From the NCBI GenBank assembly GCA_013265495.1, contig MU058781.1, positions 4,961,050-5,025,049 of the forward strand: 64,000 bases of DNA, read 5' to 3'. Position numbers and translations under genes: made by a program. The notes under the pieces are model-generated. The model worked only from the letters and a program-made list of their open reading frames with translations, did no database searches and was not told where the DNA came from. Positions 1 through 11,590 of this stretch are shown piece after piece; positions within the stretch are counted from its first letter, which is position 1, and every line of letters begins with the position of its first letter. This DNA comes from Vicugna vicugna. Taxonomy: Eukaryota.

Positions 1-1264
1 AGCTCCTAATCAAGCTTAGTGAAATAACACATTATTTAGGCACGTGTATTTGTGCTGTAATTTAAAAAATAATGAAATAGGGTAGGGGAAGCAGAATAGA
101 TAATGTTTAGTGGGTTTGTAAGTATCCTTTATATTATAAAAAATTAAACAGGGCTAGACTGGAGTTGATAACACTTGGGGAGTCTTGTCTTCATTTAAGA
201 ATTGAGACTTGCTCTGATCTTTGAATGTTGAAACTTACCGGGTGATGCCATCAATCATGTTAACTTTGAAAAGAAACAGTCTCTCCCTTTCTACCCTTCC
301 CTCTTTTCAGAATTTAAATGCTGAAAGTTGTGTTGCTGTTCCTAGTTGTCAGTTTTACTGTGTGTCTCCCAGAGGGTGCTGATGCCATTAGTCCATCTGG
401 TGCTAAAGATTTGTTTCTTCTTTGGTAAACCAGCATTTTATCTAAACAGTCCAAAACCTATTGACGTTTACAGGGACGACCCAGCAGCAGAGCACAGGCC
501 AGAGTGGACACACAAGGCCAACTTAGCATGTGTTTTAGGTAATACAGAGTCCGTGGTCAGATGCTGATGATGATTTTGGAAGTAAGAGCAGCCTGGGGCC
601 AATATCTTGTCTTTGTGAAGTTAAACACTTTGTCACGTTCTCTGTTGATGGGAAAAGGCAGGAGCAGTGAAGCCAGGGAGAAGAGAGAGAGGAAAGAGCA
701 GATAGACCTTACCCCCGTGGCTGTGTACACTCCTGTTGGATTGGTCAGAGGTGGGGATGTTAAGGATGGCCAGTATCTGTTCATGACCCTCAGGCTTCAT
801 TTCTGATTGGTGGTTTATGTCTTGTGGTTCCTGCTTTCTTACTAATCTTTTTTCAGAATTACCGTACATTCAAATATCTGCCTCACATCCCCTTTCCAGC
901 TCTCCGTTTTGTGTGTTTTGATTAGTGAAGGCACCCAAAGACAAATCCCAGTACAAAGAGCACGAAAAAGCCAAATAGGCATCCCTTAAATGTCCTTTAA
1001 TTGACTGTGTATGACTTATGCTGCAGTGGGATCCATGCCAAACAGTTGTTCAACATAATAGAAATGTATTGCACTGGAGAGAACTGAATGAGGGTCTGCT
1101 CTGGGCTTACACTGGCCATGTAATGATTGGAGAGGGATTTTCCAACCCTGTGTGTTCTACAAGGGAATTGTATCATGAGATTGTTCTAGTGTGTTAGCTT
1201 GCCCCCATCCCCAAAGACCTAGGATTCTTGGATGGCCTCCTGCTTGATGAGAGCTTGTAAGGAA

Positions 1265-1370
1265 CTGACGCTGTGATCTTGGCTAAGAACCAGACCTGCA
1301 TAAGCTTCAGTTTACTCATCTGTAAAGTGGAAGATTGTAGTAGGTTATCTCTAGGGCCCTATCTGTAATT
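1265..1370 (+). mobile_element. MIR/MIR3-type SINE fragment
   Basis: Degenerate CORE-SINE motif 'gctgtgatcttggc...cttcagtttactcatctgtaaagtgg...ttatctctagggcc'; recognised by eye, boundaries approximate. Confidence 0.6.
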
Positions 1371-2559
1371 TTGGTTTTAAATTGGCGGAAATCAGGTAGC
1401 GGTTAGGGAAGACCATCCCCTGCCTCCTGATACTTTTTGTTTGAAAGTGAGGCAGGTAGATAGGTCATGGTGATTTAGAAATTGGGAGCCAGCTATAGCA
1501 GAAAGGGTTAGGGACCAGCCCTGCCGAGCTAACAAAGCTGCCCTCAGGGTCTTTGTGAAATAACTGCACCTGTGAAAAGCCAAGAAACTGCTCAATCAGT
1601 AGTTAAATAACAACAACAAACTAAAAATGACAGTAAAGGGGCATTCTTTCCCCAGTTGCCTTGGACAAATCTGTGAGTCCAGCTCTCAAGGCCACGTGGG
1701 TTCTCTGCATGTGTGGCCACCACCCTTTTGCCCCACAAGAAAGGCAGAAAGAGGAGGGTGTGGGGTGGTGTCCAGAGCATGTGTTTTGAACGTTATAATT
1801 GCCAGCTGAAGTTCGAAAGCTTCAAAAGAATCGACTTTGAAAATCAAAAAAGCTTATGACACGTGAGAGGAGATGCGAGCTGCAGTGATGGGAGGCCAAG
1901 GAGCTGGCCAGCCCTGCAGGAATGTTGCCTTTTCACCCCTTTCGGCAGCTGCCAGGCCACAGAGCCCATTTTGTGAAAGATCCTCCAGAAACAATGGGGA
2001 AAACAGCTTCTGTTTTATTAGATTAGATGAATTTATGTGCCTGGGGGAGGGCCGTCTGGGTGTTGGGGGCGGGGAATGCAGCGGTGGCCCATGCGGTCAT
2101 CACATAAGTAATGAAGCACCCTGGGAGCAGGGATGGGGAGGGGGGCGGCTGGAGGAGGAGCGTGTAGAGAGAGATTTCTGCAGTCTCTCTGGAGAGCTGC
2201 CCAGGTTTCCCAGCCAAAAAAACAAATAAAAATAAATAAAAGGCAAGTGCTGAATGACACAGATTATGATATTAAAAAGGGATGCAATTGAAAGTGTGCC
2301 ACGGACCCCGCTGCCGGGGTTGGGGGGAGTGCGTGCACGGAGAAGGGGGCAGTCTGGCACTGGACACACAGAAGTGTGGACAATTCAACTGCCCCCACCT
2401 GAGGTGTCCCCCACCCCCTCAGTGTCGGAAATTCTAAAATAAGGATTTGTCTGCATTGCAGGTTGAGGAAATTGCAGGATGAGAAAGCTAGTCGAGCTTT
2501 CCCTTTTTCTCATTCTAATTTATCGGGGAGGGAGAAAAGAGCCCCAGACCCCTCCTCTT

Positions 2560-2818
2560 TGGTGTTAGAATCCCTCCCAGCCACATAAATAACCTTCTCT
2601 CCCTGGCGCCTCCCCTCCCCCTCGGCCCCTGTGCTGCCTGGCCGTCCTATTGCCGCGCGGAATCTGCACTGCCGGAATCTGCACTGCCGCCTGCTTATTG
2701 CGTGCAGGGGAGGATTGTTGACAAGTGCTCTGGAGCCTGCCTCGCCGCGCTCTCCCTCCCTCCTCCCTCCCTCTGTCCTTCTTCCTCTCTGTCTCTCTGC
2801 AATGATCCGGCTCTGAGG
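2560..2818 (+). promoter_or_regulatory. Putative internal promoter / 5' UTR of an alternative JARID2 first exon
   Basis: Locally GC/CpG-rich (gccgcgcgg, ctcgccgcgc), TATA-like CATAAATA at 2584-2591, C-rich Sp/KLF-like tracts, no recognisable repeats, directly upstream of a strong-Kozak ATG at 2819. Confidence 0.45.
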
Positions 2819-2885
2819 ATGGCTGCTCCACGGGTCTGTCAGGTGCAGTTTTTGGTGGCTTATCTTGAGGAACCTGGGATAGAAG
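2819..2885 (+). CDS. JARID2: Putative alternative first coding exon of JARID2 (MAAPRVCQVQFLVAYLEEPGIE + G)
   Basis: ATG context tgaggATGG (A at -3, G at +4); 22 codons + 1 nt, then donor AAG|GTCTGT at 2886; phase 1 matches the phase-1 start of the exon at 11146. Confidence 0.5.
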
Positions 2886-5800
2886 GTCTGTTCCTATAAA
2901 TAAAATAAAAACCAAATAGCTCTAGATTTGTTTCAGGCTGCTAGGGCTTTTGTTGGAGAAATAGGCCTTTTGTGGGTTTCCCTGCTGGGGTCCTGATTAA
3001 ATCCATTATGGATGGCAAGGTGCTATATATATATATGAGTATGTAAAAAATGTTGCGATTTGCTTAATGTTAATGTTCTTTTAGGTTTGATATCCTCCCT
3101 AGGGGCAGTGGTGGCTCCTGCAAAGGCACTGTGGAAATTTACAAGAGAGAATTAATGTCGCTCTTAAAGCATTGAGCTCTGTTGACCATTTTAGCCAAAT
3201 CTGCAGTTTTTAGCCAAGCTTGTGTGAATTTAGACCCTTCTCTGGGGACGGAATGCCATCCAGCTATGACTGGTCCCTTTATTTTATTGCCAATTTATGT
3301 GATCATTTCCCAGCATTTAAAAATAGTTGTTTGATTAAAGTTAATTAGTTCATCTTCACCATAGCTTTGGTTTCCTTTATAAACAACATGCATGGTTTTC
3401 ATTTCCTTTCATACTTTTCTTTCTCCGCTTCTGTGTCCCTCCTTGAAAGATGGAGGAAACTGAGGCATGTAAACAGGTACCGGTTGGGTGATTCTAGGTT
3501 CAACCTTAAAGCTTTAAACTCTGAGTGCTTGATTCTTCTCCTGTATTTCGTGCATTCATCCATGTTTATATCACTGAATATAAACATAGGTGAATTTTAG
3601 CAGCCATCAATTGTGGGTGCCTCGAATCTTTGCAGATTCTGAGGCCAGGTTTCTGGGGTTCTGCCTTCTGTACCATTTCCATTAGGTTTCCGTTAGATTT
3701 CCACTCGGGAGAGAAGGCAGCTCTCCGAGGCAGTAGGCCTCTCTGAACTTGCTTGTTGTCAGCAGGTTTTTTTTTTTTTTGGACTTTCAATAGCCCACTT
3801 AATCCTTCATCATAGTCATCTGAGAAGTGGGTGTTTAGTTGACTTGTCTATATGTGAGTACTGAGTGTACTGGGAAACTTCTGCCCCTCCCAGTCATGCT
3901 GTGAACAAAACATAGTTTTGAACTTCTGTGGGTCCATTTTACGGTCTTAGAGAATAAAGGCAGCCAGAGAGGTTTGGGAGTAAGGATGGGGATATTAACT
4001 TATCCATGAATTAAGATGTTAGGACACAGTATTTGGAGTTGTTCCCATGTATCTTCACTGACTTGTACACAAACTAGTAACTATAGGATTTGTCAGTTTG
4101 CGTTAAAGCCAGCCTTGCTTAACTTTGTAGAGGCTTGTTATTACAGGAGAGCTGGTTTCTTTTGGTAATTTCTAATTTCTCTTTGTGAGGTACATGTAAT
4201 GACGATGTGAAGCTTTAATGATTATCTGTATCTGTCTATATCTATACCCTAAATACATGCACACACGTATATTGGAGTTACTTAAAGGTAGAGTATCGCT
4301 AGCTGTCTGAGAATATGCTGTGCATGTGGAACTCTCCCTTTGAGAACCGCAAATTCTGTGATTTGTAAAACCAGATTTTGGCATGTCAGCTTATCTGAAT
4401 GTAAGACTTTGGGCATGTTGGTCTCATTTATGTATCTAACAGAATTTCTCTAAAAATGCCCCATGTTTACCTCTGCCGTGTCTGCCTCTAAGTTCCCATG
4501 CTCTGCAGCGATCCATTGTTCTGTGGCTTGTCTTCCACACCAGCCTCACTGAGCCTAGCACTGTCTTTAAGCACTTCTTCTAAAGTTGAAGGCAGTTTTT
4601 GACCTTTGGGGTGTCCAGTTCTGGGCCACCTCACCTGCGCAGTGGAACCCTTTCACTTAGCTGATAGAAACTTATGTTGCATATCCTAGGGGATTCCAAG
4701 GATTCATGCCTTTGGACTGTCTAAACTGGGCTGACTGGTTTGCCGGTTTAGAAGTTAATAAGGTATTGGGATGGGACATGGATCTGGGATAGAAGAGTTT
4801 TAAGATGAATGGATGTGGAATAGAACTTTTCATTGTAGAGCCATGTGGTCGCATATTTCAGTAGTTACTATTACTCAAGATCCTGTACCTGTTCTGATTG
4901 TTAGAAAATTCTCATTAAGGATGAACAATGGGGCAGGGGGAGTACAGGGAGAAAGGAGCCTTTGCCTCGGAGCAGTAAGGGAGTTGTGCCAGAACGCACA
5001 CTATGTTTTGCTCACTGTTGTGATCGTCAGAGTTTCAGTAGCCTCTCGGCCCCCTCCAGAAATCTTTCCTGGAGATCATGGCTCCTTCCCGCTGAGGGAA
5101 TTTCATACCCAGTGAAGTTCCGCTATGGCTTTCTGGTTGTTGTTGTTGGAGCCTCTCCATGAGCACTGTTTGCCCTCCTCCTGTGACCCCTGGTCAGGAC
5201 ATGGGAAAGGAGAGGTCTTCTGTCTCTTGGTGGTGCTCACTTGTGTGGGGTTTAGTAAGAGCAGCGTCTGGTCCCCCTTCTGTATGTAAACGTGACATGT
5301 CTGCTGGCTTTTTCCTTTGTGCCCCAAGGTGAGGAAATGCCTTCTGGGCTGAAGGGTTCTGTTCGCCTCTTGTCCTGCTAGTGCCTCTCAGATGCAGTCA
5401 TTTGCTTGGTCCTGAAGTAGGAGACAAGGATGGGGTCAGACATCCTCGCCTACCCAGGGGCCCAACTTTTTCCCTGTTACTGCGTCGGGTTTTTTATCTA
5501 ATATCTTGTCTCAAAAAAGGGAGCGTGCAAAAGGAGATTCAGATTGCTGAGAAGGTTTTGTGGGAAAAATGTCTGGTGATGGTGAGGGACTCCTGGGGGA
5601 CTATCAGATGTCTGTCTGTCTGTCTACTTTTTGGATGTTTAACGAAAACCTGTGTTGCCCCTGTATCTTGGGGGCTCTTCTGAGGGGTTGTTGGGGCTAT
5701 TTTTTGGACTCCATTTTTGTGGCTGGAGTGGGAAATCTCCACAGCTGATTTGAGAGCAGACAAAGGGGAGCCCTGGTCTGTCAGGGCCCATTCTCCTGAG

Positions 5801-8514
5801 GGAAGGGGGTAATTATTTTCCATAAGCTGAGGTATTAAGCCACGCTCGTTTGTGCTTCGTTGACCATGAGTGTGGCACTGACATCATGCCTCAAGACTGT
5901 TATTTGTTCTCAACTACCTCGGCGTTTTGAGATGGAGAGGGTGTCAACAGACGGGCCTGGGCTTAGCTTTGCAGACCCCTATGCACTGCTCACCCCTCCC
6001 CTGGAACCCTAGGATCGATGCAGACGCTCAGCTGCTGACCTGACTGTGTGCAGTTGGGTTTAAACTCGATATTCATGTTGACCCCGTGAAGCTGGCCTGA
6101 GCCAGATTTTCCCTGGCATCCACACGCAAAAGCAAACAATCTAGTTTTCCCCCCCACCAAATTTGAGTGAAAATAAGCTTTATCTTGCACTAATAATGGC
6201 AGCAAACTAGGCATTCTGCATGCCTCAGAGAGGGTCCCACCTCAACCACGGGGGCTGCTTTTCTAATCTTTCAACTCCAAATGCAGCAGCCCCCCCCCTC
6301 CCGCCACTGCTGCTGAAAATGAAAGCTCTCTTTGGATGCGTGACTGTTTAATATGTAATGTGATACCTTGTCTCACAGTGACAGGGTGACAGACGGGCAT
6401 TGGCTCTATAATACAGAATTACCTTTTGTGAATCTCTGCCACAACAAAGCCAAGCACATTGACTCTCCCTAATATGCTAATACGTCCGTGTGCTCCAGAT
6501 GTTTTGGAAGCTCGGGGACAGCTTCAAAGGTCTCCTTGTTTTCCTTTCTCTTTAACCCTCCTTTAGGCATCGCTTGTGTAAAATACAGGCACTAGATTTT
6601 CCTTCAATTTTGTATCCCGAGTAGCTAATGGGAGGACTGGCGGAACTTCTTTGTGTCTGAAACATAAAATTATAAAGACCGTTCTGGTCCCCCTGTTCAG
6701 ATGTTAGGAAAGAATCTCCTTCTCTGTAGATGTTTGTGTTCTGAAATCTGTAGCTCTCACCCGTTGCTTAGCTGAAGGAATCTTTGGCCTCGTCTGTGTT
6801 TCAAATTCCTTGTCCCCTTTTACGTGAAGGCAGGAGGGCGAAGTTCGTGCACACGGATCTTCAGCCTCCGAGAACAGAAATTCTCCCTCTTTGCTGTTGC
6901 TGGTCCAGGCTTAGGATGAACCGGTTTGGGTGTATTGCCTTTTGAAAGCCTTTTTGTCGCTTGCTTACTTGGGAGATGGGAAGAAAAGCTCCTGAATTTG
7001 GTTACCTTGGGGTTTTTGGATTGTGAGCGTGGGCACTGCCCTTGTGGTGGCTGAGTGGTCTCAGGCCTGTGACTTGCCACTCCTGCCAGCTGATGGGGAC
7101 TTGCCGGGGTCACAGGCGTTCCCCAAGCTGCCTTTACCCCAGTGGTTTGGAGTTTTCAGCTCATATTTATTGCTTTTGTGCAAGACAATAGGCATGGTTT
7201 AATTTAAGTTCCACCTACTGAATATTAATAGAGGAGAACGAGCGCTGGGGTGGGGAGACCGAGTCTGTGGGCTGGTCCGTTTCCTCCGGTAACCTCCTCC
7301 CCACCTCCTCCCTGACAAAGGTTTGTGTTGGTGGGGGGAGGGGCTTGGAAAAACAAAACCAGCCTGTGTATTTCAAAGAGGATGTCATTACTTCTCATTG
7401 ACTGAAAATAATCTTAAAAATTGTTGGCAGGGCTTTGTTGGAAAGGGGGAAGCAAAGGCCATGCACACTGGCTCGTCTGGTGTTAGAATAATGGCTGTCC
7501 TGCCCCATGGCATCACGTTCCGTCTTGCTGACCTGGCTCTCCTGGACTGGGCAGGTGCACGAGCTGGATGAAAACATTCAAAATGAAAAGGGGGTGGGAA
7601 GCTAGTACATTGGAGATGTGAAAAAGAGGGTGGGGGTGTGCAAAAGACAAAAAGCCCAGGTTCATCCAACCATGTAGACTGTCTAACTAAAAATAAATGT
7701 ACATTTTCTCGGTACTCACGTACAGGATGGGAGCACTCAAACTGAGAAAGTCGGTCACATGCAGAGCAAATCATCTCGCCTCCTCTAAAGGTGAGGAAAA
7801 GCCGAGGCCCTCGAGTTTGCAGAACAGGCAGCCAGTGCCCTGTTGTGGGCCCCCTTTTCCTGAACTGGAAAGTGAATGAACACCCATGTCTCTTCCACTG
7901 CAGATCATCAGACATTGTTAATCCTTGGAATGAGGGAAACTTTGGAGTTCTTTGAAGATACTAGTCTGATGAGGGCTTGGGACAGTGGATTCACCACTTC
8001 AGTTCCTTTCATCAGAGTTTGGTTGTGCTTTAGTGTTTCAGAGCATCATCCATTTTGCCTCACGTTGAGCCTCCCATGCAAGTCGGTTAACCCCCACTTC
8101 ATGTGAAATTTCATAAGCCAGTTTTTCTGAATTTGTGCTTGGGCCGTGATTATTTTAGGAGGGAAGAAACATCATATATCTATATCACTGTTTTACATTG
8201 ATGTCTCTTAAACACATGTGTTTTTTTTTTCCCCCAGCATGTGTTTCTTTTTAAAGTCTATATTTGTCATCAGCGGACTGATGGCTTTGTGATAAGTTTT
8301 GTAAGCCGCCATCTCTCCCTTCAGAACATTAATGATTTCGGGGGAATAATGCCCCAGCAGAACTTTGGGCTGGGATGTCTTACTGTGGGTCGTGTTATGA
8401 CAGCTTATGGCATCATAATCGGTTTCCTCAGATCTAGTGCACACTTGCCCAGAGCTTTCAGTGCCTGAGGCCAACAAGATCTCTTCCTGCCTTGAACCTT
8501 GCTTCCTCCTACAA

Positions 8515-8642
8515 TAGTGGTTCTCAAAATGTGGTCCCCAGACCAGCCAAAGCAGCAGCCGCAGCACCTGGAAATCTGTTAGAAAAGAACACGCTGGGGG
8601 TGAGGCCCGGGGAGACTTGTAGGACAAGTTTGAGAGTCACTG
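8515..8642. mobile_element. MER5-type hAT-Charlie MITE (partial)
   Basis: Terminal inverted repeats tagtggttctcaaa ... tttgagagtcactg; internal 'gtggtccccagaccagc...cacctggaaatctgttagaaa' typical of MER5A. Confidence 0.75.
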
Positions 8643-8738
8643 CTCTTTACAGTCTACTGAGGTTATTCTTGTCTGAAGGACGAGCATATAGCTGTCCTTG
8701 CGTAGCTTAACTTTTCTCTGCCAAATCACTTGTTTGTT

Positions 8739-8764
8739 CACTCACTCACTCACTCACTCACTCA
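8739..8764 (+). repeat. (TCAC)n microsatellite
   Basis: tcactcactcactcactcactcactc read directly. Confidence 0.9.
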
Positions 8765-9099
8765 AAGGATACAAAAAGGATACAGCAAGTACTTCTAACC
8801 CGAATTCTCCTCCCAACGCCCAGTCCCATCTTACTTCCTCCTTGATCCACATACAGAGTCAAGACAGCCAACCACCCCTTCCGCCTTCACTACCACTGGC
8901 ACCACCACTGTTTTGGTTTTTGCTTTTAGGTGTATTGCAAATACCAGCGTGGCTGTTCTTGTTTTACTATTGCAAGTTTGCTTGCTGGCCCTAGTGATTC
9001 ATCTTCACTGTCCTCTCCTGTCACTTGCCCTGCAAGTGTCAAGTTTCTGCTTTGTACGTGCTGCTGCGTCATACACACAGGTGTCTCCTCTCACTACTA

Positions 9100-9170
9100 G
9101 AATTTAGGTTTTGATTATGCCTTTATCCCCAGTGCCCTGGCACATGGTAGGTGTTAAGAAAATGAAGTTA
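9100..9170 (+). mobile_element. L2 LINE 3' end fragment
   Basis: 'ttatccccagtgccctggcacatggtaggtgttaagaaaatgaa' resembles the L2 3' terminus. Confidence 0.55.
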
Positions 9171-9519
9171 CATTTCCTTCCTCCTTTCCTGCTTTATTGT
9201 CTTTTATGTACTTATGTACTACTGAAAAATTTGAATTCAAGCAAGAGTACACTTCTATGTAAGAGGCATATCTCCCTTTAAAAAGTTCATTTTATATATA
9301 TGGTTACGTAACCAAAATTTTTATTTTGAAATTTACCATTCTTTTCCAGTGTGGTAACTCATACATCATCTCCCCTTTTTACGCATGTGACTTCTGTCCC
9401 TGGGCTGGTTAATAACTGTTAACCTCATCTCATTTAATAACTATGGCCGTATCATCCTGCTGTTTGGGTGGGATGCTGCATGCCCCCCTCCCTCCTTGTG
9501 ACATTATTACAGCACTCTA

Positions 9520-9813
9520 ATTGAATGCTGATCAATAGCAGTGTTATTTCAACCACATCCTAGTGTTAGTATTAGTTTTCTAGAGCTGTGTTAAAAAATA
9601 TATAAAAGTAGGTAAGAGTAGTTAGTAATTATCTGACTTAGCCTAATAATACACCCAAAATAGTTCAAGAATTAATTTGAAATTATTAAATGTTGGAGTC
9701 AGCTTTAAATTAGTTAAATAAAAATAATAATTCATTTCCTTGACCACACTAGCTATATTTCAAATGCTCAGTACCTCCGTGTGACTGGGGGCCACTGTAA
9801 CGGATAGCACTGC
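9520..9813. mobile_element. MER3/MER33-like (Charlie1-derived) MITE
   Basis: 'cacactagctatatttcaaatgctcagtacctccgtgtgactgggggccactgtaacggatagcactg' matches the MER3/MER33 terminal motif; AT-rich interior; left boundary approximate. Confidence 0.6.
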
Positions 9814-10164
9814 TCTAATCTTTGAAACGTTGGCCACACTTCAGCCCTTAGACTCATAGATTTCCCTACAGTTATGTCTCCTGTTTGCCTCACAGTGCAG
9901 ACTCCCCACATTTTCTCTTTCTCTGGGAAGTTGTCTGTGTTTTCATTTCCGTATTGTAGTCACGACTCCCAAAGCCACAAGTCTAAGTGACAGCCATGGG
10001 ATTTTATTTACTGCATTGTATTTGATTTCCAGCCTTATGTTATTACTCATACTCTGAAATGATGTAAAAATAGGTAACTGGGGAAATGCATGCATAAACA
10101 GGCCGAGTCCCAGGGTTTTGTTGCAGTATACTGTGTTCTTTCAAAAAATCCTAACAGTATGTGG

Positions 10165-10520
10165 AATAGTGTGTTCTGTATGGTGTTTGCTGCAACTAAT
10201 AGGAACCACTCTTTAAGTGCTTCAACCAAAAAGGGATTTAATACAGGGATGTAAGTGCTTATCAATTTCCTGGAAGGGTCAGGAGAACAAAAATCAAAGG
10301 GCCACCTTGCCCTTTTGGCTTCACGTAAAAGCCAGACACTGAAGCTGTGAAAATGCAGACCTTGTGCTTGTGTTTCTACTGATGCCCAAAGGCTGGTGAC
10401 TAGACAGGGGCCAGTTGCTGTGGACGCTTGTACTGATGCGAGCTTCTGATTGGTGGAACCTACATTGTATCCAGAACCTCAGATGCAGGGACACCTGAGT
10501 GGAGGCAAACCAGCCAGGCT
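10165..10520. mobile_element. Old MaLR (MLT1-like) LTR fragment
   Basis: 'aataggaaccactctttaagtgcttcaaccaaaaagggatttaatacaggga' resembles old MLT1 LTRs; subfamily and ends uncertain. Confidence 0.4.
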
Positions 10521-11145
10521 TTTTATTCGTTACCCATGATTGTGGCCTGACTGCTAAACTGGGCCATGTACACCATCATGGAGAATCCTCATCCTTTGAG
10601 ACGATCAAAGGCAGATGTGGTGACCCTGATCTTATGGCCTGCTAATGAAGAGAATGTTGTACAGTTGAATTTCTAGTTAAGAAGTCATATGGCTGCAGAG
10701 TAATGATGCTTTTTCTTGTGTGGCAGGTACTGCTTCCTGAAGACAATTCCAGAAAGGATTCTGGTGTTTCTAGAGTAAAATATTTAGTCCTGAAAGGATA
10801 ACTAGTTTGGATTGAGGTCCTTTCTTCCTTTCTCCTCCCCAGCCCTGCGAGATGTTGATGTGCTTCAGAAAGAACTCTGCAGCGTAGTATCACCATTACA
10901 GATTTCTGCTGGAATTTGTTCCCTTTGAAATGATCTCTTTGGTAGGCATTCCACTCTTGTGTGAGGTCTAAAGTAGGATGAGGTGTGACTTCCCCCCCCT
11001 CCATTCACGAGGGATACGTGCCTTTCCTTCTCTCCTCTCCGGATCCTTGTCTGCCCTCACCAGCCACTGTGTAGGGTTAACTGTGGTAAAGTGCTGCTTC
11101 CTGATGTCATGTATTTAAGTGTTTGTCCCCTTTTCTCACCTGTAG

Positions 11146-11287
11146 GGCTCCTTGGTAATGGCCAGTCTAAGGGATTAGGACCAGCATCAGAACAGTCAGA
11201 GAATGAGAAGGACGATGCATCCCAAGTGTCCTCGACTAGCAACGATGTTAGTTCTTCAGATTTTGAAGAAGGGCCGTCGAGGAAAAG
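11146..11287 (+). CDS. JARID2: JARID2 coding exon (human exon 3 equivalent, about aa 61-108): [47 protein letters not shown](R)
   Basis: Recognised JARID2 peptide; acceptor ccccttttctcacctgtag| and donor |gttagt; 142 nt, phase 1 to phase 2. Confidence 0.97.
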
Positions 11288-11326
11288 GTTAGTACCCAAG
11301 GCTGAAAACATTGGTGCCTTAAACCA

Positions 11327-11590
11327 GGGACTTCAAACTAGGTGCCAGTTTTTTGGCCCCGTTGGAACATACTTGGGCCCAACCTGATCTCCTGATTTTT
11401 TTTTTTTTTTTGATAGAGGAGCCAGAATTTTGGATTTTAGTTTAAAATTTCCTGGTTTCTAAATACTGTCCACTATTTACAATTAAAAATGAACAAACCA
11501 AACAAAAACAAAAAGAAAAAAACAAAAGGCTTTGGGCCAAACAAAACATTTTCCTGCCGTAAAAATTGGTTGAGAAGTTGCCAACTTGTA
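11327..11590. mobile_element. Degenerate hAT-Charlie-like DNA transposon remnant
   Basis: Begins cagggacttcaaact, contains 'gagccagaattttggattttagtttaaaatttcctgg' and 'gggccaaacaaaacat', ends agttgccaacttg; family uncertain. Confidence 0.4.

Noticed and set aside
11091..11387. Full ORF as a single-exon 98-aa protein
   Set aside because: Only 11146-11287 is JARID2-like and bounded by splice sites; the rest is intron read-through. The same applies to 44029-44247 and 57276-57767
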